Below are positions 24,801 through 38,990 of a DNA stretch of 64,000 bases, one piece after another (the first letter of the stretch is position 1; the number at the start of each line of letters is the position of its first letter). A model generated the notes under the pieces. It was not told the DNA's origin. It worked only from the letters and a program-made list of their open reading frames with translations, and did no database searches. The translations under genes and the position numbers were made by a program. Source of the stretch: Azolla caroliniana (Eukaryota > Plantae > Polypodiophyta); assembly GCA_043228905.1 (NCBI GenBank), contig JBHGNT010000015.1:16058001-16122000 (forward strand). The letters are read 5' to 3'.

Positions 24801-27800
24801 GTGGCCATTCATTTTCCAAATTCTTTTAGTTTAATTTCCAAATTTTTACATAGTCAGACAAAATGCATAATTTCATGAAACTACTTTTTTTATTCGAAGT
24901 CATACAATCATTTGTGCAAATTGAAAGGAATAATGCAATCTTATGTGTTTGGTAATACACAATTGTCTATACTCTATTGTACTTTTGTCACAATTTCCAT
25001 GTACTTATTGTACTCTAGTTACAGCCCTTAGGCTATCAAGATGAGGTCATGGGACACCATATATTACTTCTCCTAGATTGCATGGCACATTAGTGTGTTG
25101 AACTAACGAATTCACAGCTTGTATACAATTAAAACAACTATCTAAACTACAACTCGAGTGATACCATGTCTTTGTCACTCTCTTCAAACACAAAGAGTGC
25201 ACCCTACTTGGTCACGTCATCTCCCGTTCAAGCTCACAAAGGACCAACTCATGCTTCTTATCGATCTCGCTTGAAAGGGACCAAACCATGAATTGCAAAA
25301 GAAGGCACCCCCTAGTCAACTCAAATGTAAAAAGGTTACAAATTCAAGAAAAAAGCACCAAGATGCTAAAAGAATGCAAATGGCTAGTTTTGCATAGAGG
25401 ATATGTATCACCTATGGTTATTTGAGAGTTCCATCTACTTACATTTAGAGCAATGCTAAATGATAAATGAGGGTTGTTTAATATTATTGTATTTAGTTGA
25501 TATAGGAATTAGGCTTTAAAACAAGAATAGCTCCATGTAGACTTTACAAAATCACACAACATTTATTTAAACATGTGTGCAAAAGATAGATGCAAAAGCA
25601 AGAAATTATAAGAAAAAATCCAATCTTTTTTGTTTGAATCAATTTTGTTTTATGTTGAAAATACATTGAAATCTCGCTTTATTGTATTCGATCAATTGTA
25701 CGTTTTTGAGCCTGATGGATGACTTATTTCAACAATCATAATTTATTGTAGATTAGGAATTTGCTAAATTTTATGATTTCTTGTAAGAAATGTGCAAAGA
25801 CAATGAAAATTGATTAATTTATTATCAACTATGTTTTGATTTATCTCCAATATAATGGATTTGATAGATATCTTTGATGATGAACCAATGAAGTAGATAT
25901 AATTTTCTCATTTTGTTTGGATTGTGCTTAGAATCCAAGAAAGAGATGATTTTTTAGTCACTCGACGACTTAATCATCGAAAATTGGGTTCTCAAGGTAT
26001 GCTCGGAAAGTGATGGACCAACTCATTTTTACTAGGAGTTGGCATGGGGGTTTACAAGTTTATATTGGCACGGTGTAATCTACAAGTTTGGGCCCAAGAA
26101 AACTCTTTAAATATATGTGTGCCCCTCTTGCATATGCTTTTTAGGAGTGCTAAGAAGATTCCATATACAACCAATAGATGAAACATTAAATGCTTAAGCA
26201 AGTATGCCAACACTATAACATACATGATGGGTGTTGGCCTAACATGTATATGGAATGTATTGGTTCCAACAAGATGATCACATAAATATATAAAACACAT
26301 ATTAACATACATTCACCTTGTCCACATACATCTCCTTTTCTACTTATTTGTATGTATGTATGCATGTATGCATGTATATGTATACAATGGAGATCTACCC
26401 TACTTGTACATGCGCACATATGGGCACCACCTCAGAAAATTACATCTATTGTACAGTCATTTGAACACAATGCAAATCTATATTGGGAATCTTGTGAACG
26501 GGATGCAAATCCCAATCGTGAAGTAAATCTTGTACAAGAGGTAATGTGGGGAAAGGACGATAATTGATGGAGAAACTATGTAAATGCTACAAGTATAAAT
26601 TAGGTTGCCTGGGGCCAAACTATAGGGTGAAAATGATAAATTCCATACCATTTTTTCTGATTTACTATTTACTTATATATTATTATTATTTTAAATTCAA
26701 TGAATGTAAATATTTGGTCATCATTTGAACATGTTTGCCCCTTGGATTCTGATTTGCCTAGGATTGTCATTCCTATTTACCCATTACAATTAGAATTTCT
26801 AATCCCATGACACTTTTTGTGTTGTCGAGATTGCAACAAGGACCTCAACATCATTCCCTCTCAAATAAAGGATTAAATATCTGATCAGATTTTTTTAATA
26901 TGATCTCAATTGATAAGCCTAATTTTCTCGATGAATTGCAAGAGCAACTCACTTGTCCATTTTTTGGACGATTTGTGAAGTAAGTCACGTGTATCATGAT
27001 GGTTATGTGGAAACAACTAAGCATAAGGGATTAATCGACTAATTGGGTTGTCATTGTCAAGGGTCACACTCAAATGTAGAAAGAGAAAGATTTCGTTGGC
27101 ATCTTCTCACTATTCTTAAAAAAAAAACCCATCAAGAATATGCCGTGATATTGTTGTTCTATTATAATAAAAAGGTGGTCCAAAGTATATTGATGGCTAC
27201 AAAATCAAATTGTTAAAGTCCTTTCCGTGTCCTAATTTTTCGTACGTCAACGTCAACATCTCTTGGGGAGAGAATGTGCTACTTGGATTAACAAATATGA
27301 AAAACTTTTCTCAAGCCTCTTTTCGAATGGTGGTCCATGTGTTTATAGAAGGTAGCTGAAGGTGACCATCTTTTAAACAAAAGTTAGACCCTTTTTCTAA
27401 AGCTTGAATGGCATTTACTATTTGATAATAAAAAGGATCATATTGTCTCATGTATGAAGAAACACCTCTGGTCGTTTTACCAATATTTTTTAAGTAACGA
27501 TGTGATAATAATATATTGTGTGCCGGTAATGGGTGACTTTACAGGAGGATTTTTATGTTGCATTTGGAAGTTTTTCATGATAGTTTAAATTTGTATGTGT
27601 ACGTGCAGACCTTTATGCGTACTAAAAAAATATTTGTTGTGGTATTTCGCATGCATACTAATTGCAAATTACTTTTAACCCCACTCATTCAAAATATCTA
27701 TTCTTTACAATTATGAGTATAGGTTCGGCTTTAGTAACCATTCTTGAATGACATATGTGATTGCGTGTCATGAGAGTTCACGAAACATTGACACAAGTTG

Positions 27801-30763
27801 ACATGCTCGGTGTTTCATTTCGTAGATTGCCTAAGAAGATGTTAAATAAATTTGCTTTATTTGGCATATCCCGAGTATCCAAGAAGGTTCTGTATTATCA
27901 AACCTAACTTTTTTCCACTACAAAACTACAAACTGATTATGGACTACCTCTACGATAGTCAAACTGATTATGATTTCTTTTCAAAGACCTCATGTATGCA
28001 ATGCCTAAATCTTAAACCCTTACACTTTGCCGCCAAGAGAAAGTTCTTCATTTTTTAATTGTGAAAAATTAAACTCATTCTTGATTGGTTGGGTGTATAT
28101 ATGTTAAAGCATCTATGTCTACATATATGCAACATCTATTACTTTTCATTTTCTTTCAACTAGGTCCTCTTTTATTCCCCCCCCCCCCCTACTTGGTAGG
28201 TATCATAGGATAGTCTTGGTAGTCATGCACATCTACGTCTATATACATACAAGAGTCTTTGGCATTTTTCATAATTTCCTCTCCCCAAATTGGTACAATA
28301 AGTTGGCCTTCAAAATAGAGAGGAGAATGAAATGAACAACCTTGTATATTGGTACATTATTTTAACTCTATTGCCATTAAAATGGCAATTCTTGTGTATA
28401 AGGGTTTAGGGTTGATTGCTACATATAATAGAACTTGCAAAGATCAAATATGGATTGACATTCTCTCCTTTTTGTAAATCTTCACATGATAGGTCAATGC
28501 ATGAGATAAGGTTGTCCTTCCTCCCAATCAACATTATTTATGAATACCGAGGATAAGTCTTAAACGAAGCGAACATAAATTTTTGATTATTATGGGATTT
28601 TTTCCAAGAATTCTACACATATTTGTTGTGTGCCCTAAAAAAATTACTAGAAAAAACACTTACATCTTTACTATCATGGTTTCATCTTCTTTCCTTGGAG
28701 ATTCATAGTCTTGCACAGTAAATGAAACTCTAATTATAAACCTTCTCAAAGCTAGATCCAACACTATTTCTCCTCATCAAATCTTGATAGACATTACAAG
28801 TGAACCCCAAAAGAGTTACCACTTGTACATGTGATTTCAATTTATAAAATTGTGGATAACAACGATAAGCAAAAAATATTAGGAAGAAATACAAACAAGT
28901 ACTACCAAACTTCAGGTTCCAACATATGGGTGAAGAGAGCAATTCTCCCATTTTTCAACAAAGCCTTAGATTGAATTCTATTTTGAAGGTTATACCTGTG
29001 GTTCCATTATTTGTCTTGAATCAATGAAGTTTTGAAAATGTAGTCATAGTGTAGTCATGATCCATTTGTTATTATTACATGAATGTCCTCAAAGATATAA
29101 TCATACAAGATAAACTTCGTACACATTACTAACCTTCAAAAACATACTCTCCTCATCACAAAAAAGGCATAATCCAAGAATGTTATCAAAGCACTATAAA
29201 ATGATCCATAATTTGAAACATCTTACTGAGATGACACCAAGAAGTGGCTCAAATTGGAGTTATGGTTTTACATTTATAACCTTTCCATTGATATGCAACT
29301 AGAAACACTCCCCAATTGAAGCCTCTTTATAAATGGTTGAGCACCACTTTATAGTAATGATAAATGCTAAAAAGACCAAAATTAAGTCCAAATTGGTCTA
29401 TTCTAATGTAAAAAAAGTGATTCTCTATGACATAAAAGTAAATCTTGGGCATCACAAAGCTTAGTTACACCTAAGACCCTGAACGGTATTTCACACTTGG
29501 CTTCACTAGCCAAAATGATGGTCTTGGAGGTTTTGTTTACGATCACAAAAAAAACATGGTGATGGAAAGGACCATTCGAGAATTGTAATCTTACATCATT
29601 AACACCAAAAGTATCATGTGCCCGATCACATTGGATGATATATCTTATGTGATGTAACATCAAACAATGTATATGAATTAAGAAACCAATAGTGACCATA
29701 CATGTCATCATTTGCAATGACAATGTTATTAACAGAGATCAATAACATCATATTTATTGATCATCATTGAGGTTCCTACACTGAAAATTTGACTTCTTAA
29801 CATGGATTTCCCTGCCTCTTTCTCATCACCATATTTGCCTTACTGCCATAATCAGGCAAGAGAAAATAATATTAAGAAACTTACAACTGAATTGCTGTGA
29901 TGAAACTCGCGAAGTTAATTACAAGCCTAAACTTCCAATTGCTCGATTACATTGGCTTGTGGGTGTGACTGGCTCACATTAACACACTCTTAAAGGTTTC
30001 ATCATTTTCAAAAAGTGTCACTTTGCAGAACTCTATATAAACCAAGAACATTCACACCCTTCCAAGAACCACCAAAACAACTCTATAAAATGAGCACATG
30101 CTCTCTTTACTGTGTTTGACACAGATCGCAACACTTCACCACAACATTTTGCTTATGTTGCATGCTATCTTACTAGTTGAAGATGCATTAGAAACGGGGA
30201 GAATCTAGGAAATAGTTACAATGAAATATATGGAGAAAATTTGTACACTTTGTTTAAGTTATAGAATTCATGTTTAACATACATTCTCACTTCTTTCAGC
30301 AATCCTCTCAATTATATTAGAGCATCGCTCTTCAAGCCAGAACACTTTAACCATGTCAAATATGTCCATAATTAGCAACATTAACTTGGGCTAGCCCACT
30401 TGCAAGTAAACATACCTTCAGCTAAATCACAAAAAGCAATGACAGTGCACACTGGACAAAAGTTGGCATTTCTAATCATACAAGTAAACAGTTATATCTG
30501 TCATAGTGACATATCAATGAAGCGAAATAATCACGTAATTGAACAAAATCGCTCTTCTAATCGGACAAGGTATGTGAGAAAAGATTCCCAGCACAAGTAC
30601 ATGGGCCGACACCCTCAGATTCATATGCCAAGAGCTACTATAAACATTGGGTTTAGACTTCTTCTTTTTTGTCGATCCTTAAATCAAGTGTATGTGTGCA
30701 ATGATCAGACAACAGACATTTAACAGGTCAAAAGGATTCTCTCAATGCAAAACAGTTCCCCTC

Positions 30764-31859
30764 TTACCTAATTTCTTTAAGTATGCCAGCATATAAATTG
30801 TTGACATCATATTCTCTTCCAAAAAATTTGACAAACTTCATACTTGGATCCATTAGATACCTGTATCAATAACAAAGGAAATATTAAGATAGGAACAATG
30901 TTCAAGGCACCTCAGAAACCATGAACAGTAATTGTCAATAGAGAGATTACAAAACTGATCCACTTTTATCATATTTTAAAAGCTAATAGATTTGACATTT
31001 GTTCTTCAAAATCAAATATCAGTGATGAGAAAAAAAATTGTGAACAGAGAAAAAAGAAAACAGTGATGTGTCAACAGATGCAAGGAAGATCAGTTTGGCA
31101 CTGAATCAGGCTGCTGTATGGGAAATTTTTGTTACAGAAATTAATTATCCCAAGGTTCAACCATTAGAGATTTTGAGAGAGAGTGTCCATATGGTTGTAG
31201 CTCAGTTGGTAAGGTTGTTCCACAGACATCAGAAGGCAACAAATTCAACCCTATACATTCCGCAGAGGCATCTAGTAAATAGTGCATATAGTGAGATTTG
31301 AAGTTAGGTGCATAGGTTGGCAAAAACTTGGGTTAACACTAGGGTACAGCCCTAATACAAAAAGAAAATGGGAGAGAAAGATACATTAATGTCTTTAAAG
31401 AGGTTAAAATGGCCTAAAAGGCCAAACAATAGATTACATCTCAAAATGTCATCTTGTGTTTGCGAATAAACCAAAATAAATATAATTAAACCATAGGTTA
31501 TTAAAGAATCTAGTTATCTGAGCCCTCAAGATTCCGAACCTAGATAGACTGAAACTTCTGCCTTCAAAAATCTCCAAAATGGGCTGCTCCAATATGGAGA
31601 AAGAAAGAAAGGAAGAAAGATATATTAACGTTGTTTAAGAGGCCAAAATGGCCTATAAGACAAACAAGAAATTACATCTTAAGTGTTGTCTCGTCTTTGA
31701 GAACAACAAATCAAAATAAAATAAGTATTACTCAATAAATATAAAAGTAAATAAGATAAAAAGAGACTAAAGAATCTGGTTTTCGGCACATGTGAGATTC
31801 TCAAGTTAGATATATTATAACTTTTATCTTCGAAAGATCTCTAGCATAGGTTGATCCAG

Positions 31860-31890
<31 letters not shown>

Positions 31891-34800
31891 GCCTTTCAAT
31901 AAGTCTGATGATATAAAGGAAAAAAATGTATATGTTGCAACAAAATGGTAAAAGCAATATTGGCCCATCCATGATGACATAATATATTTTATGATTAATG
32001 CGGTTGTACGGATAAAGATTATGGCCAGAAGACGATAGTGCCTTCTAGCATGTCGGATTCCAACCTTTGATTCTTTCCGATCCATTCAATATTATTGTAA
32101 TCCCTGAATTTCAATATTCAAAATCTGCGGGAGTTGCAAGTAGGATAGTCCAAATCTGGAGGAAAACCTACATTCTTAACTATATTAAGTAAAATCTTGT
32201 CTGTGTTATAGAAGCTATACCAGTGGCTTATTTCATTCATGGTGCCTTCAAAACGGAAAGAAAGGCATATTGAAGAAATACATTACTGCTAAGGTCAGAC
32301 AATCTATGAAGATTTTGGATGCAATTTTGGATAATTTCACAATGATGTATGACTATAATACAGTGATTAAACTTACACAAGATTTGAGTGATCCACAAGG
32401 TAATCCGAGCCTTCCTCTTCGACCTTCTTATAGAATATCCTATATTCCCGAGCTACTTGCCGGATATCATCAACAGGACCCGTCAACCCTATTATCTTTG
32501 GATGGAACTCTGGATAAGATTGAGACAGTATAATTCAGTTTAAACTTCCTATTAGTCTTTAAGATGAAAGTTTCCAAAAACAGTATTATACTTTGATAAC
32601 ACAACCTGATAGATATGCTTGAAGCTGCAAAGTAGAATCACGCTTAGGATCTATGGTGATAAAAACTGGTTGGATACTGAAATCGGTATGTGCATCTACA
32701 AAGACAACATATTTTTGAGAACTTATTTCGAAATATTTTTTGGATAGGAGTTCAGACAAAATAAATTATAAAATCTAAAACTACCTATCATCTCAATAAC
32801 CTTTGCAATCTTTTCCAACTCTTCTGGACAGTCCTCAGGACATGAAGTGTAGCCAAAGTAGATGAGTGTCCAGTTTCCTATAAATGTTTGATCTGTAACC
32901 ACCTCTCCTGTATGGCTAATTAATGTGAATGGTCCTCCCAGTATTGTTTTTTTGTCAGTTGATAATTTTTTCACATCTGGCTTTCGAGCTGTGTATCAAA
33001 AAGTAAAAAAATTCCAGTACAGCAAAGAATTCTTACACAGAAGAGGACAAAAATCCAGATATTATTACCTTGGATGGGGCTCTGCCTTTCATTGCTGTGA
33101 TAGATGAAATATCCCCCAATAGACACCAGCACAGCACCAAATCCCATCAACTATAATAAGACTCATATGCAGTAAATCAAGCCTGTCAACTGAGGATTGA
33201 GCTAAATTTTAAAACACTATATTGGTGAAAACAAAAGAAGACGAAGGACAATCGCATTTAGATAGGGGAAATCAACTAGAATGCTGAAAAATAATGTAAT
33301 GTATTGTGCATCTCTACGTAAGCTCAGACTATTCAATTATTCTTACATTCATTGAGAAGAAGAGAAAAAGGAAAAAAGTAATACATAAATTCAAATAGAG
33401 AAAATATAAATATACTAACATAAGCGTCCTGCAAATGTAAACAAACCACAACTACAATCCTTGTTTCTAAAGTTTCAAGTAACCATCTCAAAAGGTAAAT
33501 CATCAGCAAAGCCATTGTTAATAGCATGGCTAAATTTCAAAAGCTATGACATGCCTATCAACTTTGTGGGGCCAAATAGTATGTGCTTAGTCTAGGCTCT
33601 AGCATCCAGAGACATTGATGATGATTGGAACAGTGGACAATAATGCCCTTGTAAGAAAAGAGTATAACCTGGCTAAGAAACTGCGGTAAGAGTTTAATCT
33701 AGATGTCCTTAGTTTTCTCATTTCATCAATCGTTTTCTCTTTTGTCAACATACCCTCCCCCAATTCTAGCCCAACAAGATGCCATTCATTGACAGAAATA
33801 TGTTAATACTTCAGAAAGTTAACTCATTTCGATTACACATAGTGTTTATATAGGTGAGGGATGATGGAAGAGAGATCATCTGTCCACCTTTCCTGTACCT
33901 TCATTGCCTATTTACTTTGTAAGGTAAGCTCACTAATGAGCCTCACACAATTATATATTCTAATATTGGTCCCTGATGTATCAATCAGATGCTAATTTTG
34001 CTAATAATGAAAATGCCCTTTCCATTTTACATTGATGACTCTTCCACTGATGCATTCTACAGACAAATATGATCATTGAATATTAATAGATCAGATTTGA
34101 TACTCTTATGTACACAAGTAAGGAGTACCTTCCTCAATTGTCTACTTCATAATCAACTCTCCTCCACACTCATAGGAGCATAGTTGGCCAGTGTAGACAC
34201 CCTCATTCCTGACAGCATCCATTACAACCCAAGAAAACACTTGACAGCCATGATGAATTGTTCTTACTGTAGTGGAAAAACGTAATGAATGTCGTGAAAA
34301 AGGTGGGATACTACACTCACAATGGGCGTTGTACACGCTTGTATACACAACGCTCTTTTGCCCATAAACCTCAAGCACTATGACCTACAACATGCCCATC
34401 CTCCCTCAAATGTGTGGTTTGTTGAGTGTGCAACCACAAAGTGGGTTGATACATGTGCCACATTCTGTAAAACCACGTCAGTGTACAACTAGGATGACCA
34501 CCACCTAATTTTATAGCCTACAATGCTGATTGATGGCCCTTACATGACACCTACCCACGCCCAAATGTGTGACTACTAAGAACATGGCCATGAGAACAAT
34601 TACGAGGGGAACTATGAGGAGAGTTGACCCCACTGCATGCACAATGAGGACAATCACACAGGACTGTAGGCCCCACTACATGTGCAACGTGTGTGACTAT
34701 TATCCAGGCAACAATGACTGCTCATGCAATCAACATAAAAAACACAAAATCACAGCAGCCCTAGCCATGGCCCATGCTTCAGAATGATCTTACCTCTACC

Positions 34801-35716
34801 AGCATCAAGTGAAAGTTCCCAAGAGCAACCCCATGGTAGGGACAGTGCACAGGAGGTGGCTAAGAAGGACGCCAACAATAAAACATCATCATCACCCACC
34901 CTAGATTGAGCCAACAAGGCTTGCAACACTAAGTTGTGTGAATTAAAAGACAAGATTCTCACTAGAAAACACATTCCAAGACAGCAATTCCCGCTAGAAA
35001 TAAATCATTTTATAGCCTATCCATCACTTTCCACTAGAAATAATAGTCAAGTACCTAATTTTGAAGGACAATTTCTTCTGAAGCTCTTTATCTAATTCTG
35101 ATGAGGAATGGAAAGTAAAATACAAGAAGTGGTAGGGTATAAACTAGGTCAATTCTTATCTAAATAAAATTACAAACTAATCATAATTCTTTTGTTTCAT
35201 GTTCTGTCAAAGATAAAGAATATATTCTTCATTTTTGTTTAACAGGAAATCATTCTTCTTCTCCGGCTAATAATATGAAGTAAAACTTCCTATGAAGGCG
35301 TTTGTTTTGATATCAATGAGAAGGATGAAGGATACATACAATAAGTGGTACTCCAAGACTTGAATGTTCATGATACTCTCCTCCAGTAATTTGCTCCTGT
35401 TCAAATCTAGCTTTAGACTTATGATAATCTCCATGATGGTGACCATCATATCGAGAGGAGGTGGAATAATATCGCAAATCGAAGCTTCGATGAGATCTCG
35501 GTTCGCCGATACACCGAAACTTCGAAAGAAGAAGACCAGAGAAACAGGAGATACATTACCATGGGTGTAATCTATGAAGGAAGAGCGGATACGAAGGTTG
35601 GAAGAAACATTGTGTTTCTTCTCTTGGTGTGACACTCTGGGAAGGAGACGTACCTGGGGGTTAGAGATGCATCCATGGAGACGCTTGCAGGCGTGAGTGA
35701 GAGCGTTCTGTGCCAT
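30764..35716 (-). CDS. Mitochondrial SCO1/SenC family cytochrome c oxidase copper chaperone (HCC-type)
   Basis: Exons on -: 35716-35560 (transit-peptide-like), uncertain exon(s) ~33430-33760, 33150-33069 (TM helix), 32988-32785 (LGGPFTL..YFGYTSCPEDCPEEL), 32695-32606 (PVFITIDPKRD), 32509-32377 (EFHPKIIGLTG..YLVDHS), 30860-30764 (YLMDP..KEIR*). Phases are consistent across the last five exons. Confidence 0.9.
31193..31368 (+). mobile_element. tRNA-derived SINE in the last SCO intron
   Basis: A-box TAGCTCAGTTGG, degenerate B-box ATTCAACCC, unrelated body and A-rich tail; head similar to 35895-35962. Confidence 0.65.
31371..31880 (-). repeat. Two adjacent copies of the retroposon-like 3'-tail repeat family
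   Basis: Reverse complement shows the GGCCATTTTGGCC stem-loop plus a TC/TTTC tail; similar to 45120-45385. Confidence 0.6.
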
Positions 35717-35894
35717 CAGGGATCGCCACACATGGTCACATGGTCTCTCTCTCTGTCTCTCTCTGTCTCTGTGTCTCCTCTTTGTCTCTGTCTCTGTTCC
35801 TCTGTTCTTCTCTGTTCTTCTCTGTTCCTCTGTTTCTGTGTGTGTGTGTGTGTGTGTGTGAAAGCCCACAATTATGTATGTATATGTACATACA

Positions 35895-35962
35895 TGAATG
35901 TAGGGGTTGAACCCATGACCACCTGGTCTCCATTGGGCAACTTTACCAACTGAGCTACATCC
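35895..35962 (-). mobile_element. tRNA-like SINE head or tRNA pseudogene
   Basis: Minus strand reads GGATGTAGCTCAGTTGGTAAAG...GGTCATGGGTTCAACCCCTACATTCA: A- and B-boxes present, anticodon stem does not pair. Confidence 0.65.
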
Positions 35963-35967
35963 ATTTG

Positions 35968-36016
<49 letters not shown>

Positions 36017-36140
36017 TCAAATGCATTACTATCAAATGTTGTGCTGAAAAGATCGCCTTGCCAAACAACCCATTGACTATTGAGCTTTCTCTCTTTCTAT
36101 CAAAACTTTCTCTCTATGAAGGTAAATTCAGCTTTCTCTC

Positions 36141-36174
<34 letters not shown>

Positions 36175-36547
36175 AAGTGCGCGTTCTTGTTGCCGCCTTC
36201 GCTTGCTACTATTGTTGTCGTTGTCGTACTACTGTTATTCGATGTCGTTGTCGCCTGCTGTTGTCGCTGCTTCTCTAACTTTGTGTTTTTGTTGTGTTGG
36301 CGTTTTCTATTGCCCGACCTGTTGTCGTTGTGCTAGTGTGTCATCGTCGTTTGCTATTGTCCGATCACTGCTTGTTGTCGTGCTGGTGTGTGCGTTTCAC
36401 TTTGAGTGTATGCCTTCTTTGGTAGGTTCTTTTGGCGTGCTCGTCGTGTGCTACATGCGAACCGACGAAATGCCAATGTGAATATAACGTCCATACAGGC
36501 TTGGCTAAGTCTTCCACCCATTACTTTTATCTTTTTTTAATATTAAA

Positions 36548-38990
36548 ATGACGTCTAAACGAAAAGAACATAAGGAGACACAAGATGAGGCTATAAGTAA
36601 GAAAACTTTTTAGATATGTTTAATCGCTTAACAAAAATAGAGAATGATATACGAAAATAGGCGAAAGAAGCTGAAACCCAAAAGAAAAAAGATAGAGAAG
36701 AAAAAGAAACACTTAAGGCCAAAATAGAGAAACTTAAAAGTAGAAAACACCAACCTTAAGAAACAACTTAATGACCTTGAGGTACCTAGAGAAGACAGTG
36801 AAATATCATCCATAGAGGATATAAAGGAAGAGATTAAAAAGGTTAAAGAAGAAGTTTAAAATGACATGGAATTAGCTAAAACGGGTTGGGTAGATGTAGT
36901 AAAATGAAACATTAAGAAAGAAATAAACGATGAAAATATTGTTAACGCTACCCTTGAAGAAGAGAAAATGTGTTAGTCCTGACGCTTAAATGTACGTGTC
37001 ATTGAACTCAAGGAAGGTGCATCCCCCGAAGAAGATGCACAAACACTTGGGAAAATGTTAGGGTACACAAAGGCCCTACCAATCACCCAAACTTGGAGGG
37101 TCGGACGTGACACAACTAGGATAGTCCTTAAGTTTAAAAATTTGGAATCTAGAATCACATTTTTTAAGAAGAGACCAATTCTTCGAGGATTAAGTGGGGA
37201 CCCTATCTATCTAGATGAAGACCTCACTAAGATGTAAATTGAGCACCGCAAAAGTTGCATGCCACGAGTCATGCACGCTTGTAAAGAAGGGCATCGCGCA
37301 TTTTATCGTGACTGACGAGTGATAATAAATGATCGCACTACTAATTGACGACGTGTGACCCATGTGACAGAAAATACACTTAGGATGACCTTATGGAATT
37401 GTAACGACACACTCTAGACACACCCTGGCTGCCTAGAGGAGATATTAAAGGTATCATATATACTTTTCTTGGTAGAAACACACCAAAACCCAAATAGAAG
37501 ACTCCCACGAGTCGAAGGATTCCATTGGGGGTTCGTATTTAGACAAACCTCGCGTCGATGCACTACTAGAGGATCTGGACGTGTTGCAATATTATTTCGG
37601 AGAGAGCTACATAATATGATAGAAATACTAAGGACAGACCCAGATGCTCGTTTTATGTCAGTGAAAGTCCTCACTAGCAAGGACCACACAATATTTTTTG
37701 CCATTTGTTACTTTCCCCCGAAAGGATCCAAAGTCCTCACTAGCAAGGACCACGCAATATTTTTTGCCATTTGTTTGTAATATGGCTGGAGAGGTGAGAT
37801 TAGTTAATGAAGGAGTGCCACATGGGCCTTCTCCATACGAACCTTTATCGGATGACATAATTTGATATTCTTCCCAAGGAGAAGTCTTCTGTGTAGGAGA
37901 TTTCAATGCGAGAACCCAATCTTGACAATGCACAATATTTCAGATGGATAGAAACCTAGAAATGACAAATGTTGATCCTTTAGACATAGGCACCACACGT
38001 AGCAAGGAGCGAACACCATGAGCTTTGGTCATCAACTACTTGAACTTGGCAGTCGGCACTGGAATCATATATAATGGTTTAGCCAAGTGGCCAGGCTCAG
38101 AAGAGCTCACATGTTTCCCACATGGAGGAGGGGAACACACGATTGACTATCTAATAGGACGCCCTGAAGCTATCCACATGATTAACTCCTTCCGGGTGGC
38201 CCCATGTCCTATTGGCACATATATACAAAGAAACTTTACCAAGTCCCAAACCAACTACCCATTCCAATGCCTTCTACACCCCGACCTACCATGGGGACAC
38301 TTTTCACGACCTCTAGGGTCACGAAGGTCATAAAGAAATTATAACATAGGAAGTCAATGGACCACACAGGATTGCGCACAGAACACATCATATATGCACG
38401 AGAGTGCTTAGCTCCCTTTCCAACTCTAATATTCAATCATGCCCTCGCCAAGGGTTTTCCACCACAATGGATTATGAACTCATTTTATTGCTCGTAAGGG
38501 AGGCAACAGAGTAGTCCTTGGGGGTACACAAGTTCGTATCTTGCTCTATGCAGACAACATAGTTTTGCTCTCTGAGTCTGAACATGACCTACAAAGGCAC
38601 CTTAATGCCTTAGATGACTTTTGCACACGAGGATTGGTAATGAACCTAGGAAAAACTAAAGTCCTTATCTTCCACACATTGGCTCAAGTTAGAACTAAGT
38701 GTCACCTAACCATCTCCCATAGCCTAGTTGAGGTAGTTAGATCGTATGTATATCTCGGAGTCACTTTCAGTGTCTGCTCAGGTAAATTTTCTATGACACT
38801 AGCAACGAAGGATAGACTTACGAGAGGACATGCATCCCTCTCACTCTTAGAGAGACAATGCCACCAGACATACTTTCAAGAGCCACTAACTAAGGGGTGA
38901 CTCTTTGACTCATTAGTGACCCCCTCCCTCATGTATGCATCAGTGGTTTGGGCTCTAGGGCTACCATCTTTCATATGGACGCAATTAGAG
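36548..38990 (+). mobile_element. Degenerate LINE (ORF1, AP endonuclease, partial RT)
   Basis: Lys/Glu-rich ORF1 relic ending IYLDEDLT; EN motifs LWNC, LVETH, YFPP, GDFNART, IDYL; RT LLYAD(N)IVLLS..LQRHLNAL, GKTKV, YVYLGV; 46-bp internal duplication at 37664/37730. Confidence 0.85.

Noticed and set aside
22000-29800. Short ORFs and possible old DNA-transposon remnants
   Set aside because: AT-rich, with no consistent reading frame, TIR or TSD that I could verify.
35895-35962. Functional tRNA gene
   Set aside because: The anticodon stem does not pair and a relative with a SINE body exists; treated as SINE-derived.
35717-36481. Long ORF extensions around the SCO 5' end
   Set aside because: They come from (CA)n, (CT)n and (GTC)n low-complexity sequence.
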